Below are positions 26,108 through 39,571 of a stretch of 64,000 bases of DNA, in pieces (the stretch's first letter is position 1; each line of letters starts with the position of its first letter). This DNA is from Adineta vaga (taxonomy: Eukaryota > Animalia > Rotifera). Location: assembly GCA_021613535.1 (NCBI GenBank), contig CP075496.1:13888001-13952000 (forward strand), given 5' to 3'. A program made the position numbers and the translations under genes. The notes under the pieces are model-generated. The model was given only the letters and a program-made list of their open reading frames with translations. It was not told the DNA's origin and searched no databases.

Positions 26108-27394
26108 TTAAAGTGATCTATTTTGTGAAATGAAATTTGTTATAATTTCACTACGAATTTTTTCGATTAATTCATTTTGTAACTGATAATGTTCGCCCGT
26201 TTTAATTAAACAAATAATTAGATCGAGAAAATTTTTTATTATCGCTGCAAAATGTAATACGGCATCTCGTGAACCGTAACGATATAACATATATTTAAAT
26301 AGAATTTCAATATAATCATTTTGAATTTCAAGTAAATCTTTGATATTTGTTGAACAAGAAGTTTTATCCATGAATATTTCATCTAAAAATCGAATTTATC
26401 TTTTCATAAGAAATAGATGCTATCGAAAGACAAGCAACTTACTATTAGAAGAAGAACTTCTTGGTTGAACAATATCAGTACATGTTGAAAAGATTTGTGT
26501 GACAAGAAATAATTTGAGAATAGTTCCATCAAAATTATGTTGATGAACAATACGAAGATTCTCTTCAAAGATATCTGAACCACAATGAAATGAAAATGTA
26601 TTTTGATATAATGGATCTGTATGAACATTCGTTTCACGTAGAAGATAAACACTATGAAATCCTCCGATAGTTCGAAAATGTCGATGAAGAAGTTCGATTT
26701 TTTCGCCAATTTGTAACGTTGAAAATCGTGGTAATCGTTCGAGAAATGATCCAAATGAACGATAGATTAAATTTAAAAGATTCGAAAATTTTTCCGAACC
26801 AATTTTCAGTCGAATTTTCGGTGGATACGTTGATTGATTATTCACAAGTTCAAGAATATTTGATTTCGAAGATGTATCATCATAGGTATGAGCAATATTC
26901 GACAAAATATTCCATTCATCAACATTTAACAATAAAGGATCATTTTGAAATGAATCTGTCTGAGAAAGATCAGATAATTGCGGATTCTGAAAGATATTTC
27001 AATCAAAAAAACAAAAATCAAACATTGAATTAGCTTTTTTCTTTCATTTACTTGTGAAGTTCTACTTGGAAGACGGGAAGCACGAAGTAATTCTTTTTCC
27101 ATTCCAATTTTTAAACATTTTTTAAACCTACAAATCCGACAAATATGTCGAGTATTAACTGTAACATCACATGAATCACCAAATTGACATTGTTGATTTT
27201 CCTGAAAGAAAATTTCATCTTATGTTTCTTGCTGAATGTCAATGACAAAATCAACAAACCAAATTGTATTGAACATTTCGACGAAAGAACATTTTACATG
27301 GAGCACAACATATTCCACCGAAATGTCTTTGTGCACCGGATTTATGACAAACTTGACAAACATTTAAATTCGTATCGTCATCATTCGAAGACAT
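26108..27394 (-). CDS. Nuclear hormone receptor (C4 zinc-finger DBD + divergent ligand-binding domain), multi-exon
   Basis: ATG at 27394: MSSNDDTNLNVCQVCHKSGAQRHFGGICCAPCKMFFRRN|..CQFGDSCDVTVNTRHICRICRFKKCLKIGM. LBD exons at 26420-26990 (FLERLPRFSTLQIGEKIELL) and 26108-26380. Confidence 0.9.
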
Positions 27395-30139
27395 TCTAAA
27401 GAATTACCAGTTAATTGAAGAATTTCCTTTTAAAAGATTGAAAGAAATGCATAAATGCTTTGTAGAATGACTTGTTTTTATTCTTGGAATGTTCGAGGCT
27501 TACAGGTGTTATGTTTTCTTTCAAGTTTATCGTAAATACTATCTTCTCTATTTATCCTTTTCACGCATAGAATGAACGATAAAGTCAAATTTCTGAAGCA
27601 TTGTCTAATGCTAAGCACAAATCTTTTTTTACATTATCAAACCACTGAGCATAACGGAAAAGCTAATGAACTAACCCATCTGTTTCTCTTCTTATTAGAC
27701 TTTGTGGATGCATTTTCATGTTTTGCCTTGAGTAAGTTTTTATGAACGATGATGTGTCATTTTTAAATTCATGTAAATATAACATCATTTTATAATTAAT
27801 TGCTTAAAAGATAGAAATCCTAAACGAATATTTCTTTAATTTCATTCTCCTGAAAAATTCATATCAATGAATTATCGATGAATTTTCGTATTGAAAAACA
27901 AAAGTATTCATTAGGATTTTCTCGAGAAGAATTTCAGTGAAAAATCGTATTCTTTGTTGTACATACTTGGAACGATTGCGTACAAATTTCTGTAATTGGA
28001 TTGGTTCTTTCAAGTTCATGAAGTAGATTGCGATGAAAAATAAACTGTTTAACTCGTGTAGCGACCACTGATCGTAAGATTAGTTTTCTTTTTTTTCTAA
28101 CTGATAATAGAATATATTTTTAATTTTTAAAAAGAAAATTTTGTGTATATTATCGTGAATTACTGTGATACGTTGATATGCTGTTGACGAGATCAAAAGC
28201 GCACACTATTTTTCTTTCTGTCCTTCGTCTTCTTCAGTATAAACGAGAAACATGGCTTTTTTTCTTCTTTCTTTTCTTTTCTTTTCTCTCCTCTCCTCTT
28301 TCGTTCTATTCACCTTGTTGCTATATTTAGTTTAAAATAACCATATCGTATTCTATGAATGTCTATGCAAAGAATTCGTCGTTATTTATCAATCTGATCG
28401 AGATATTTCGAAACAAGATTCTATCTTTGTGATAAGATTCTAGAAATATATCCATCATTTTCGTTACATTGTTTAACTAAAATAAAACGATAATTAGAAT
28501 GTTTTCTTATAAAGAAACGATTTCATCGTAAAAAAGTTCAATATTATAAATATTCGAGATGATTTCTCTATCGATGTACTCGCAATTGAATAACCCGAAT
28601 CGTTAGACATTGCGTATTAAGATCGATGCTCATTCTTTATAGGTGATAATCGATTGATTCATGAGGTTTATCAAACGATGGGATAGAATTATGCACGGAT
28701 GATTGATTTAGATATGAATGTATCGAAACTTGAATGAGGTGTTTTATTTTATTTGATTTCTTTTCCCTTGAATTTAATCATTTGATGTGTTGAAAGGTAA
28801 TATTAAACTTGCTCTTCAAAGTTATTGAAAATGAAATGTCATTAGATTGAGAAGAATTGATATATTATTCAAATGAATATTTTCAAGGAAAAAATATCCT
28901 GGACAAGTTTATCATACTCTAGTTGATTGTTGTACCTAGTGTTGAATGATTGATGAATAATTAACAAAAGAAATCTAGAATAATCATGGTGAAAAGTCAG
29001 AAAATTGAAGTGAGAAATTATGATAAATATAGGAAATTCAAATTCTTTTATTTATAGTTACTCGAGATTGATAGTGATAAGTACATGATTATTTTTTGCG
29101 TTTGAATTTTTATTTTCTTCTAAACTATCTGTATATTTAAACGTCGATATTTTGTTGTGAATCATGTTCACAAATCTTCATGTATAGATTTTCAAAATTA
29201 ACTAGTTAAGAAATATACACATGTCATTTCTGATCACCAGTAATATTAGTGTGGAAAAAAATGATCTCATAATCATTATTGATATAGATATATCTTTCTG
29301 AATTATTTTGTAGGATAACGTTACTTTATTTTTACGAGTAAGATAGTATTGTTATCCAGAAAATCTTAGAAAAGAGAGAAGATAGAGATGCAATCATGAT
29401 GATCAATCACTGAAGAATCTTATTATCTGATAAATTTTTCAAGTCATCAGGAAAATCAAAAACGATTTGTAGTCGACAGAGGTCGATAGTTGCAGCTTCC
29501 ACTGTGCTTTGAAGACTATAACCTTAGTATCTATCGGTGATTTTATCGTTGGTTCAATAATCACAGAGTCTTTCAGAACAAATGTAATGATTTTCGAAGG
29601 CGATTATCATCACTATTGGATTTTCAAAAGAAGATAAATAGATACATCAATAATATGTTTATAGAAAATATTTGTCCTCCGATTTATATTGTAATCCACT
29701 GTCTACGCAATATGATTTCATAAAATTTAGGTCGCGAAAAATCAGTTCAAATTTCTAACATCAATATGCTAATCCTGCATACAATTATCCAGACAATACT
29801 TGACTAAAGAAACATTTGTTTCATTTTAAAACCTTCTTGTAAAACAATAAATATTTGTGATTAATGACAAAAGGACATATCTCATAACAAAGTCTATTGA
29901 TAATTGATTGGAAGACAGAGAGAGAGAGAGACTGTAATTGGCTCGTTAAAATGCTTCAAATCATTGCTATAGATCAGATTTCTTTTTAAAAGTTTGTTTC
30001 AAGGTATATTGTCTAGCAATACATTCAAAATACTTTCATCAGAATTTCTCTTTTGATTAAGCGACACTTCAAAATTCTGATATTTTTCTTACAACAATCA
30101 ACAAATGGAATAATAGTTTCTAAAAATACTCAAAGTCAA

Positions 30140-30340
30140 ACGGTACGCTCCGTATACGGCCATTTGCGACATTAAAACAGACCGCATACTGACTATAATA
30201 ACGGGCGCCGTAATACGATTCGTTCTGAATCCGTACATAGCCGTATAGTAACCATTTTGAAGGAGAATACAGCGCATTTACGATGCCATAAAACTGCGTC
30301 CGTGATTACAGAACGAAATGGTTCATCTATTGCCGTAAAG
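30140..30340. repeat. Degenerate CCGTA/TACGG-rich interspersed repeat remnant
   Basis: Locally CpG-rich patch in AT-rich intergenic DNA with palindrome CCGTATACGG (30150-30159) and further CCGTA/CCGTG copies at ~30208, 30231, 30241, 30300 and 30333. Confidence 0.4.
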
Positions 30341-31506
30341 ATTTCATGTTGTCATCGTTTACATTCCGATAAGATCGATTTGATTTCAAATTTATTGACA
30401 ACATCTATTCATATAGTTCTAGATAATTTATTATCAAATAGTGAACATCTGTTACTTTAAATCGATACCCAACTTTCCCTTCTTCGCCTATTTGATGTAA
30501 ATCAAAATGTACTAATTTAGTGACTGGTTGAGTAAAATTGACTTTATGTCATTGCGAAAACTTGTTTCGTCAATATTTATTTAACATAGGTATGCGAGGA
30601 ATGAAGAAAGAAGCCTTTAGATGGATAAAAAAGAAAAGAAAAAAACATCGATTCTCATAACTGAATATTTATTCTTAATCCATTTGGATTAGAAAAATTT
30701 CATATTCAAAAATAAAAACAACAAGACATTTTACTCGGGTTTTTATTAAAGAAGAGGATTTTTTTTCTTCTTCGAAGGGGGTTTTTTCGTTTCTACAAAA
30801 GACACTTCGGCTCTTCCTATGCGAAACGAAATGACATAGTTCATGTTTCTTTTCATCATTATTCTTCGTCGAAAAGAAAAACGAAATAATATCTTTGTAC
30901 AAATCAAGAAAACGAAGAGAAAAGAAATAAAACATAGGGAGCAACAAATTTAGAAGAAAAAACGAAAGCAATATGAGCTGCAGCACCATAATCAAACATA
31001 TTCCCTGCAACATATTTCTGTTTATTCTTTCTTATTGACAAAATTTCCCGCATCTTGAATAAAAACATCGCGCACAGTGATACATTGAAGCAAGCCATTC
31101 ATTATACATTTTTAAAAAAAAAACGAAATGAGAAGAAAAATAGATAGATTTATATTTATATATATATATATATAGAAGATATAGAGATACGCATGAATGA
31201 TAAAATTCACCGAGAATGTTGGAAGGTAAGCGGGTTGTGTGTCTCAGATCTGTCCCTATGCCCAATAAAAGTCCGAAATCAATCTGACCGACAGTCCACA
31301 ATTGAAAAAGAAAAACATGAACAGAGAACCAAGCAAATAAAGTGGATAGAGAGAATAAGCAAAAAAAATGAGAAAATGAACAACTACGGAAAAGAAAAAA
31401 AGATCAAGCAAGGAGAGAGAGAGAGACGTTGATTTTTTGGCTGCATGCGTATAATTATATGTAGAGAGAGAGGTTTAAAAAAATAGCAATCGAGATTTTC
31501 TTTCAC

Positions 31507-34500
31507 TTAATGATTTTCATATGTATCATCATAAAATGGCATCAAAAGTTCACGAGCAAATCCATCGTTAATAAATCGTTTGAATTCTTGAAGAAAATAA
31601 CGAATTAAAGTTCGAAAAAAACAAAAAAATTATTTTACCTTCGAAATTAAGTTTTCCACGTGATGATAAACGCGAAATCATATCATAAACTTTATAATTT
31701 GAATCTGCTCGACCAACAACAAGAAGTAAATTCTCAATTTCTTGTTGATTTAAATAACCATCATTATCCGAATCTAATTTTTCGAATGTTTTACGTAATT
31801 GATAATCATTGTATTGACCTGTGATAATCGGTGCTAATAATTCGCAAAATTGTTCAAATGTTAAACGACGAACATCTAATCAAAAGACAAATTTTGATAT
31901 TTTAGAAAAAGAAGAGAAAAAAAACGATTTTCTTACGCGGTAATCGATCATTGTATCGATCGAATGTATCCTTGTTGATTTCAAGACGAAAATGTTTATC
32001 TCGTTGTGAACCAAAAGATGAAGGTTGGCGATTTCGACGATCACCACGTTCGAACCATTCGTACATAACTAAACAAAAACAGATAATGAAGATAAACAAG
32101 AAGAAAAAGATGTTTTCTTACCTTTAATCATTTCACCATTAACACGTTTTGTATATTGAGCATATTTTTTAACAATATCATCCCGAATTTTATTGTTAAT
32201 GACTTGCATGATCTTCCAATCTTGTGCTTGATGGGCTATTAGAGATAATAGATAAATATAGATGAAAGAACAGAAAAAAAGGAGTTTTTTTTCCTATTTA
32301 TTATGTGATAAGGGCAATTTGATAAGAAAAATAAAAAAAAGGAGAATTGATTTTATTGATAAGAACAATACTTTTCTTTTCGATTCTCAGTCGAGTTTTT
32401 GTTGTTTTTCTATTAATAAAACTAGAGAGAAAAAGTGAGATCCTCTTTAAAAAAAACACCTGTGTCTATTATAAAATCATTTTTCTCTTTTACGACTATA
32501 ACACAATCCATCTAGCGAGCATTTGACGATGGTTTATAGTGAAGGTCGTTTATACTAGCTTAGAAGACAAGTTCATAATCTTGTTAGTAAACCTTGACGT
32601 TCGCTTAGGTATATATACATATATGAACTACACACCGAGAACATTATTGGGTGTCGTTGGAATAATCACAGGTGGATGATGATACTCCATTTAATATAGT
32701 AGGTTCCGTTATACCAAATGCTTGTTGTTACGACCAAACTATCGTCGATTGTGTCGATGAAGACGAAGAAAGAAGAAGAAGAAGAAGAAAAAACAGACCG
32801 TAGTCGTTACTGCAACTCATGGCATCGCCTATACACAGGCAGAACAGCAGCAAAACGCAAGGTAAGTAAGAAAAAAAGAAAGGTAGGGATGTATGTAATT
32901 GAAGACACAACGAGAAGGAGAGAGAGAGAAAGAGAAAGAGAAAAGGAAAGGTAAAAAAAATATGAATGGAATTCGATGCTTGTATCGATGGAAGCTGTTC
33001 GAGTACGACGAATTTTCAATTCTTCCTTTTTGCTCTTGTTTCTTTTCCTTTCCCTTGAATCACGAGTTGCATCACACAATATATACGAAAAAAGAGAGAA
33101 AGAGAGAGAGTAAACGAGAAAAATGCATATTCAATATTTGGAATTTTTAAAGAGGTAAACGTACTCTTTCTCTCAAGTATGTTTGTATATCCATCGTAGT
33201 GTCAGTGAATTGGATAATTTGTGTTATTCACTATTTTCTTTCTCTCTTTTTTTTCATGAAGGGTTACAAAAGGAAAAAAATAAATTCAAGGATAAAAGAG
33301 AAAGACGAAAAACCTTAAGTATACTCTTTTTTTCGGACATAAATATCCTATGACAGAAAGAGAAGAGAAAAGAAAAGAATCGAGACAGACCTTATGAAAA
33401 AAAAGAGGTGAGATGGAATGACACGAAACCTTCATCATGTTCTAAGTCTCATTGCTTTTTTTCCTTTCTTCACTCCATTACTTTTATGATGATTATTATC
33501 ATCACCGAAAAACGAGAAAAAAACTCAATTTCATAACATGATCTACGAAATACATATCTTTGTGTAAAGGTCAGTTTAATAACTGTAAAGAGAATTCGTC
33601 CAAAGATGAATAAGACCTTTGAAAAAGATTTCTCATTGTAAAAATACATATATAGAGAACGAATGATTATTTTCATATGATTAATATCCAACTTACCACT
33701 CCTTTTTTTATTAGCTGTAGTAAATCACCTAGTTTAGTTGTCGTCTTCACGTTACCAATATTGACCACGACTACCAATAGTATATACGACTTTGTCTGCA
33801 CGCACTTCAACTTATACGTATACAGAAGAAAAAAATCCTCTTCTCTCTCTCTCTTCTCTTTCGCTCTCTTGTTATGCACTGTTCAGTCAGTTCATATGTA
33901 TTTATGTTCTTTTTCTTTTGTCTCGATTTTGACTTGAATATACATATATATGCATATATATTACGCCATCGGAAATATTTCTTGTAAACATGTCAATTGA
34001 CATAACCTATTTGTTGGACAAACCATAAAATCGTATGAGAGTTAAAACAAGGTTAGAACAAACTGAACATTTAAAGTTTAATTAGTTGATAAAACAATAA
34101 AAATCAACGAAATATTCATTGCGGCAAACGAATAGAAGAAAACAAATGATCAATGAACATAAATATACAGCGAGAGACTCTCTCTCTCTCACACATATAC
34201 CTATTTCTCTCTATGAACTTTTCAACGTGATACCGATGTGGAGAACGAGAAGCCTTTCTTTCGTTTTTTTTACATATGCTAATAGGCACATAATTATCGA
34301 TAGAGAAGAGAGTTGCCTATGATGCTAATTGATATGGTCAGACCACCCACACACCCCTATCAAGCCGAGACGAGTCTAATGTATTAACCTTTCTTTTCTT
34401 TTTTTTTATATATATGTATCATTTAGTATTCTTTATTTGAGTCTTTCTCTGTTGTCTATATCAAGAAAGAAACGAATCTTTTCATATTACCATATTGTTC

Positions 34501-36531
34501 ATTCGAACGTTTACACACATATAGACATCTTACTTATGTACAACTATGGAATGTGAAGGAATAGTAGTGCATATTTACTCTTCATTTTTTCTATTCAAAA
34601 GACTAATGATCATATGTAATGGTAGAATAAACAAGTTTCACTCTCTTCAGACAATTATGTATAGTTAATTGGTCTGTCCTCTTCTTCTTCTTCTTCTTTC
34701 TAAAACATAACGTTTTCTATTGATACTTCTAGTTATATATATAAATGAAAACATTCTCATCAAGAAAGTAAAGAACAGAGTGTTGTCATAACTATTTCGA
34801 GTTTTATATCCTGCAGATAAATATCGGCGAGACAAGAAAATAGACTTGATATGTATGTATGTATATAGATGATGAAGGTTTTGAATATGATCAATCTTAT
34901 GATGAAAGAAATCGTACATTTTTTTCTTTCTATCGATCAAATTGATTAAAAACTGTTAGTCAATGGATCAATTTTATTTTCTTCCATCTATTTAACATGT
35001 AATTGATCGCTTCAAAGAACAAAACCAAGATATTTTTCCCCCCTCTAAAACAATAACATTATCAAAATCTACCCTGATCAATTATTTTCTTTTTCTTTTC
35101 TTTTTCTTCGTACAACTCAAATCTATTGAATATTTTTCGTGTTATAATTATTATTCTAACTGTTCTGTCGCATATTTGCACAGTTGCTTGACTGCAACAA
35201 GCACCTTGACATATCAATCACACTTCGCTACAACACGCCGAGATATACCGAGCGTTAATCATTACTACATTCATATTCCCACTAGATCAACGGAAATAAT
35301 TAATCGGAAAACAAACGAAAATATTTTCTATATTAATTGTCCTCTACTGATTCTTCGATAACATAAAAAAAAGAAAATCTTTCAATAGAATGACAATAAT
35401 GAAAAACAACGATAGATTATCAATAAAATAACGATCATTAATATTGATGTCGTTGTCCTTGACTGAATGTATATACACACCTTACATATCGGACCGATTA
35501 GCATGAAGATCAAAGCAAAGCATAAGAAACATTGCATTGATAAAATAAAAAAAAACCTTGACTAGCGATTGAATTTCATCATTATTGATCCATTGTAAAT
35601 GAATATTAGTCATTTATCATCTTAGCCAATAAGAAATTCGAAATAGTTAATAATATACAAAGAGAAATGAACAACATTGAATAGTACTGGTAATCAAAAA
35701 GTCATCGTACATATGACGCGTCTGTCATCGAAGCAATTCAATCGATATTCACATGATCACAAACGACAACACAAAAACACGTCGTTGGATGTTTTTTTGT
35801 TGTTGTATATAATCAAATTTAAGACGAAGACATGCAAAGAACAAAATATGCTTATGTTCTCTCGTATGAGAACATACGTTATTTATTCATGATAATTCTT
35901 TCTGTTTTTCTTGTACTTTGTCTTGTTATTTTTTAATGCTAACAGGTAAAACAATAAATGACATGAAGGAAAGTTAAAATTGAAGACATAAACGTCAGCT
36001 GTCAATTAAAATACGTCAAGAAAGGGGGAAAAAAAGTAAAATCAATCCTTGAAATCGATACGAATATTTCGACTGTTGAAGCTATTGATAATGATAATGA
36101 TGGGTAGCAGATGCATGATCAAAGCCTATTCTCTCAATTTTCAAGGACAACTATTTCACGTACACGCATAGATTCTTCATTAACTTAACAATTCAACATA
36201 TTCATCAGAAACAAATCACTATTGAAGGTCAAATTAGAAGAGAATTAAGTTCGAAAGAATAAAGACGCGTGCCTATTACTCATTTTTCGAATATCTTAAA
36301 TAAATAGTCAAATGTATTTTACCGAGAAGAAGAAATGATACTAATTTCTTTCTTAAAAGAAACTGATTAGAAAAGAAACATAAACTTACGAAGTTTTTCA
36401 TAAGCTTCATTTCCGTATAATGCATGAAATAACATTTTTTCTCCACCAACAACAAATTCGGGAACTTGATATACTGATACAGATGAATCATGAGCCCGAT
36501 AGGGATTCATTGTTGTAGTAGTAGTAGCCAT
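31507..36531 (-). CDS. EF-hand calcium-binding protein (calmodulin-like C-terminal lobe), with distant first exon
   Basis: Canonical EF loop [17 protein letters not shown], degenerate partner loop SSRGKLNFE|EF, stop at 31507. Exon 36390-36531 ([19 protein letters not shown], donor C|GTAAGT) is phase-compatible with acceptor TAG|CC at 32236. Alternative start at ATG 32209. Confidence 0.75.
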
Positions 36532-38594
36532 TGGAGTTGTTTTCTTTCGAAGTGCGTACGAATAAAATAGATAATCAAATGATTACTCTTCCTCTTTCTT
36601 TCTTTTTTGCCGATAGGTGACTATATTCGTGCGTATATATATATATATATACACGCAAGAACGAGCGATGTTGTTGATGATTTCAGAATAAGAAGAGGAA
36701 AAAACAATGCATAATAATTTTTCTCGGCTTTCTCTCTTCTCTTCTCTCTTTCTGGCCGATGATGATGAGAACGTGAGGAAGAGAGCTTACACGTATTTAT
36801 ATATATTTATACAGAGAAAAAAGAGAGAGAGAGCGAGCGAGAAAACCGACTGCTGTTGCTTCTGCTAGTGTTCGTCCTCCCATCATCGTCATATGCGTGT
36901 TTTTTAGATGTAATCGATTTGTTCTCTATTATTTTTCTTCTTTTGTATTATAGATTTTGAGAAAAAAACATGAAAATAATTTTCTTTCTCTTCAGTTAAA
37001 GACACAAATGGTTTTCACATTTGATTAATAAAGCATCAGCATCGACTGTCATTAAAAAAACAAGGAAGACGAGGAAAAAACTACGAAAGCAAATAGAAAA
37101 GAAAATGTCGAAATGATTTTTTTGACAAAAATATTGTTCTATTCAGGTGACAATTAGAATGAAAGGAATGTGTGTTTATATAAGACAAATGTGTTTTCTA
37201 ACTAAAATAATCTTGGCATAAAAATAAAGATAATTATCTTTTTGCTTTTTGACAATTTCCAGATCAACAAGACAGAATCGATTTTGGTAGTTATTCCTGA
37301 ATAAGATTAGATCGATCGATCGATCGAATTCAAAAGACACCGATCGTGGTGTGATAAGAATATGAGAATTAAAACATATCGTTTACTTACCAATGTTAAA
37401 GACGATTGACCGTGTCTAAAGCACGTTTATGTCTCTTTCTCTTACTTAATACCGTCGTCGGACTGATGTCTTGTATAAGATGTGTAAAATCGTTTGTCGC
37501 CTCATCGTTTTACTAACAAAGTCGTCGATAGAAAAAAAAAGGAGAAGAAATCTACACATAGGAGTAGAATTCTTGATTCACATAACTAATCCCGTTTGGT
37601 AAGGGTGACGATTGTTAAGACAATTGTAAATATGAAATCGAATTGAACTGAACTGAAGACAATGGCATTATTGACAAAACGATCTGATTTGATCATTAGC
37701 TTAATGAATGAGAAAGATTATTGCAATGAATTCTTTCCTAATTGATCAAAATCAACAACTATTCGAAAGTTTTTTCTTTCTTTCTTTTTTTGTCATACGA
37801 AACAAGGTTAATCATTATGTTCGAAAGATGAAAATCTTTTCATTACTAATCAAGGCGAATTCTATTTTATGATTATGTCATTCGACTCAAATGTCAACTT
37901 GAATATTTCATGAAAATTACAATTCAACATACATCGTTTTCTGTTGCTTAAACATGAACTATTTACAAAGATTCAATCAACTACTTGTCTAATCGAATTC
38001 GACAATGGACTAAGAAAAAGAAAGAACACGAACGACTATATATTTGACATATAAAAGAAATCGACTAATGATTAATGATGCCAATCAATATCATTTATCA
38101 GAAATTGTCAATGAATTTCTTTACATTTAATGATTGGATGAAAACTTCATATTGAAAAGACGTTACTGACAAAATAAAACGCATTTCAGTTGTTCGTCTA
38201 CTTATTAAGACAATTCGTGACTATGTTATGTTTTCAAGATGACACACTTGGGCTTGATGAATGTGAGAACACAAATATCAATGATTGGTATTGCACGTTT
38301 CTTTTTTTCTTTTGAGTAATCGTTTCGGCGCATGTCAATACGATCACATGATTTGATACATGGAATATTTCATCAGTCAAAAGTCATAGTTTTTTTGAAT
38401 TTTAATTTGAATAAATTGAGAAAATAGGATGCAAATGATATAGACGAGTATTTTGCTTTGATAGAAGAAACGACACTCTAGATCAGTATGGCGTGATATT
38501 TATTTATTTGATTTCTTTTCAATAATAAACTTTGACAAAGAAAAGTTGTAAAAATTGTTAATTTGTTTTTACTTTTATAAGAAAAAAAAGGAAA

Positions 38595-39366
38595 TTAGAC
38601 ATTTTTTTTAAAATAAGCAATTGCATCTTGTATTGCTTTTTTACTTTGTTCAAATACGTTTGGAGAACCATTTGGTCGAATAATAAATCCATGTATAGTA
38701 CCAGGATATTTAAGAAATGTACCAAGACCAAGTGTAGTTAATTCTTTTTCAAAATATTCTTCAACATCTGGCGGAAATTTTTCATCAGTTTCAGCACAGA
38801 GAAAGAGAATTGGTCGTTTAATTTGTGCAGCATCTTCTTTGACTAAAAGTGTTGGATGTCCAACAATTGCTGCTTTAATTGTTGATGATAATTCCTGATG
38901 AGTAATTAGATAAATCACTACTTTCGCACCATAACAAAATCCAATAATCTAAAAACAAAATGCGAAAAAAAATATTATCGAAACAATCTGAATCAAATCT
39001 AACTTGAATGGATTCATAATGTCCTTTAATAGTTGAAATAAATTTATCTGCTAAAATACATGCATCTTCTGGCCGATGTTTTTTCAACCAATCCGGTAAA
39101 CTATCTCGAAAATTTGGTACATTTGGATCAACTGGATCACCATTGAAATAATCTGGAATCAAAACAGTCACACCAATTTCCTTAGCAAAACAATCAGCAA
39201 TCTTCCGTGTATTAATAAATTCATAACCAAATATATCAGTAAATATAACAATTGCTGATTTTCCATTACCAGTTTTATATGTATTTATTCCTGCTATTTC
39301 TTCGACATGTCCTTCGGATACATGAATTTGTTTGGCACCAGGTTCAGCACAACACGAGCTGAGCAT
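38595..39366 (-). CDS. Dienelactone hydrolase family alpha/beta hydrolase, one intron (~38949-39002)
   Basis: IFTDIFG, LIPDYFNGDP, nucleophile elbow IGFCYGAK after splicing, AETDEKF acid, YPGTIHGF His. Confidence 0.9.
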
Positions 39367-39571
39367 TTTGATATGTTAAATTATAACGTCTCAATGAAAT
39401 GTAATACCTTGATCATATGAAGAGCAAATAGAAGACTGACGTCTTATCATCGTTTTCTACTTACCAATCGTTTTTTTGAAAATATCTAGATATCGCTTCA
39501 TGTCAACATGAAGAAAGATATCAACTTTAAATGAAACATAGAATTCAAATCTGATCTTCATTCTTTTTCTC

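Noticed and set aside
32718-35892. Numerous 60-90-aa ORFs in the ORF track (also 55744-56372 and 59700-61310)
   Set aside because: Products of AG/CT and A/T low-complexity tracts in introns, UTRs and promoters; no domain signal or exon structure
36436-36456. Peptide FVVGGEK in the EF-hand first exon is identical to a stretch of the SKI domain (58336-58356)
   Set aside because: Only 7 residues match, codons differ and the flanking SKI residues are absent; most likely coincidence
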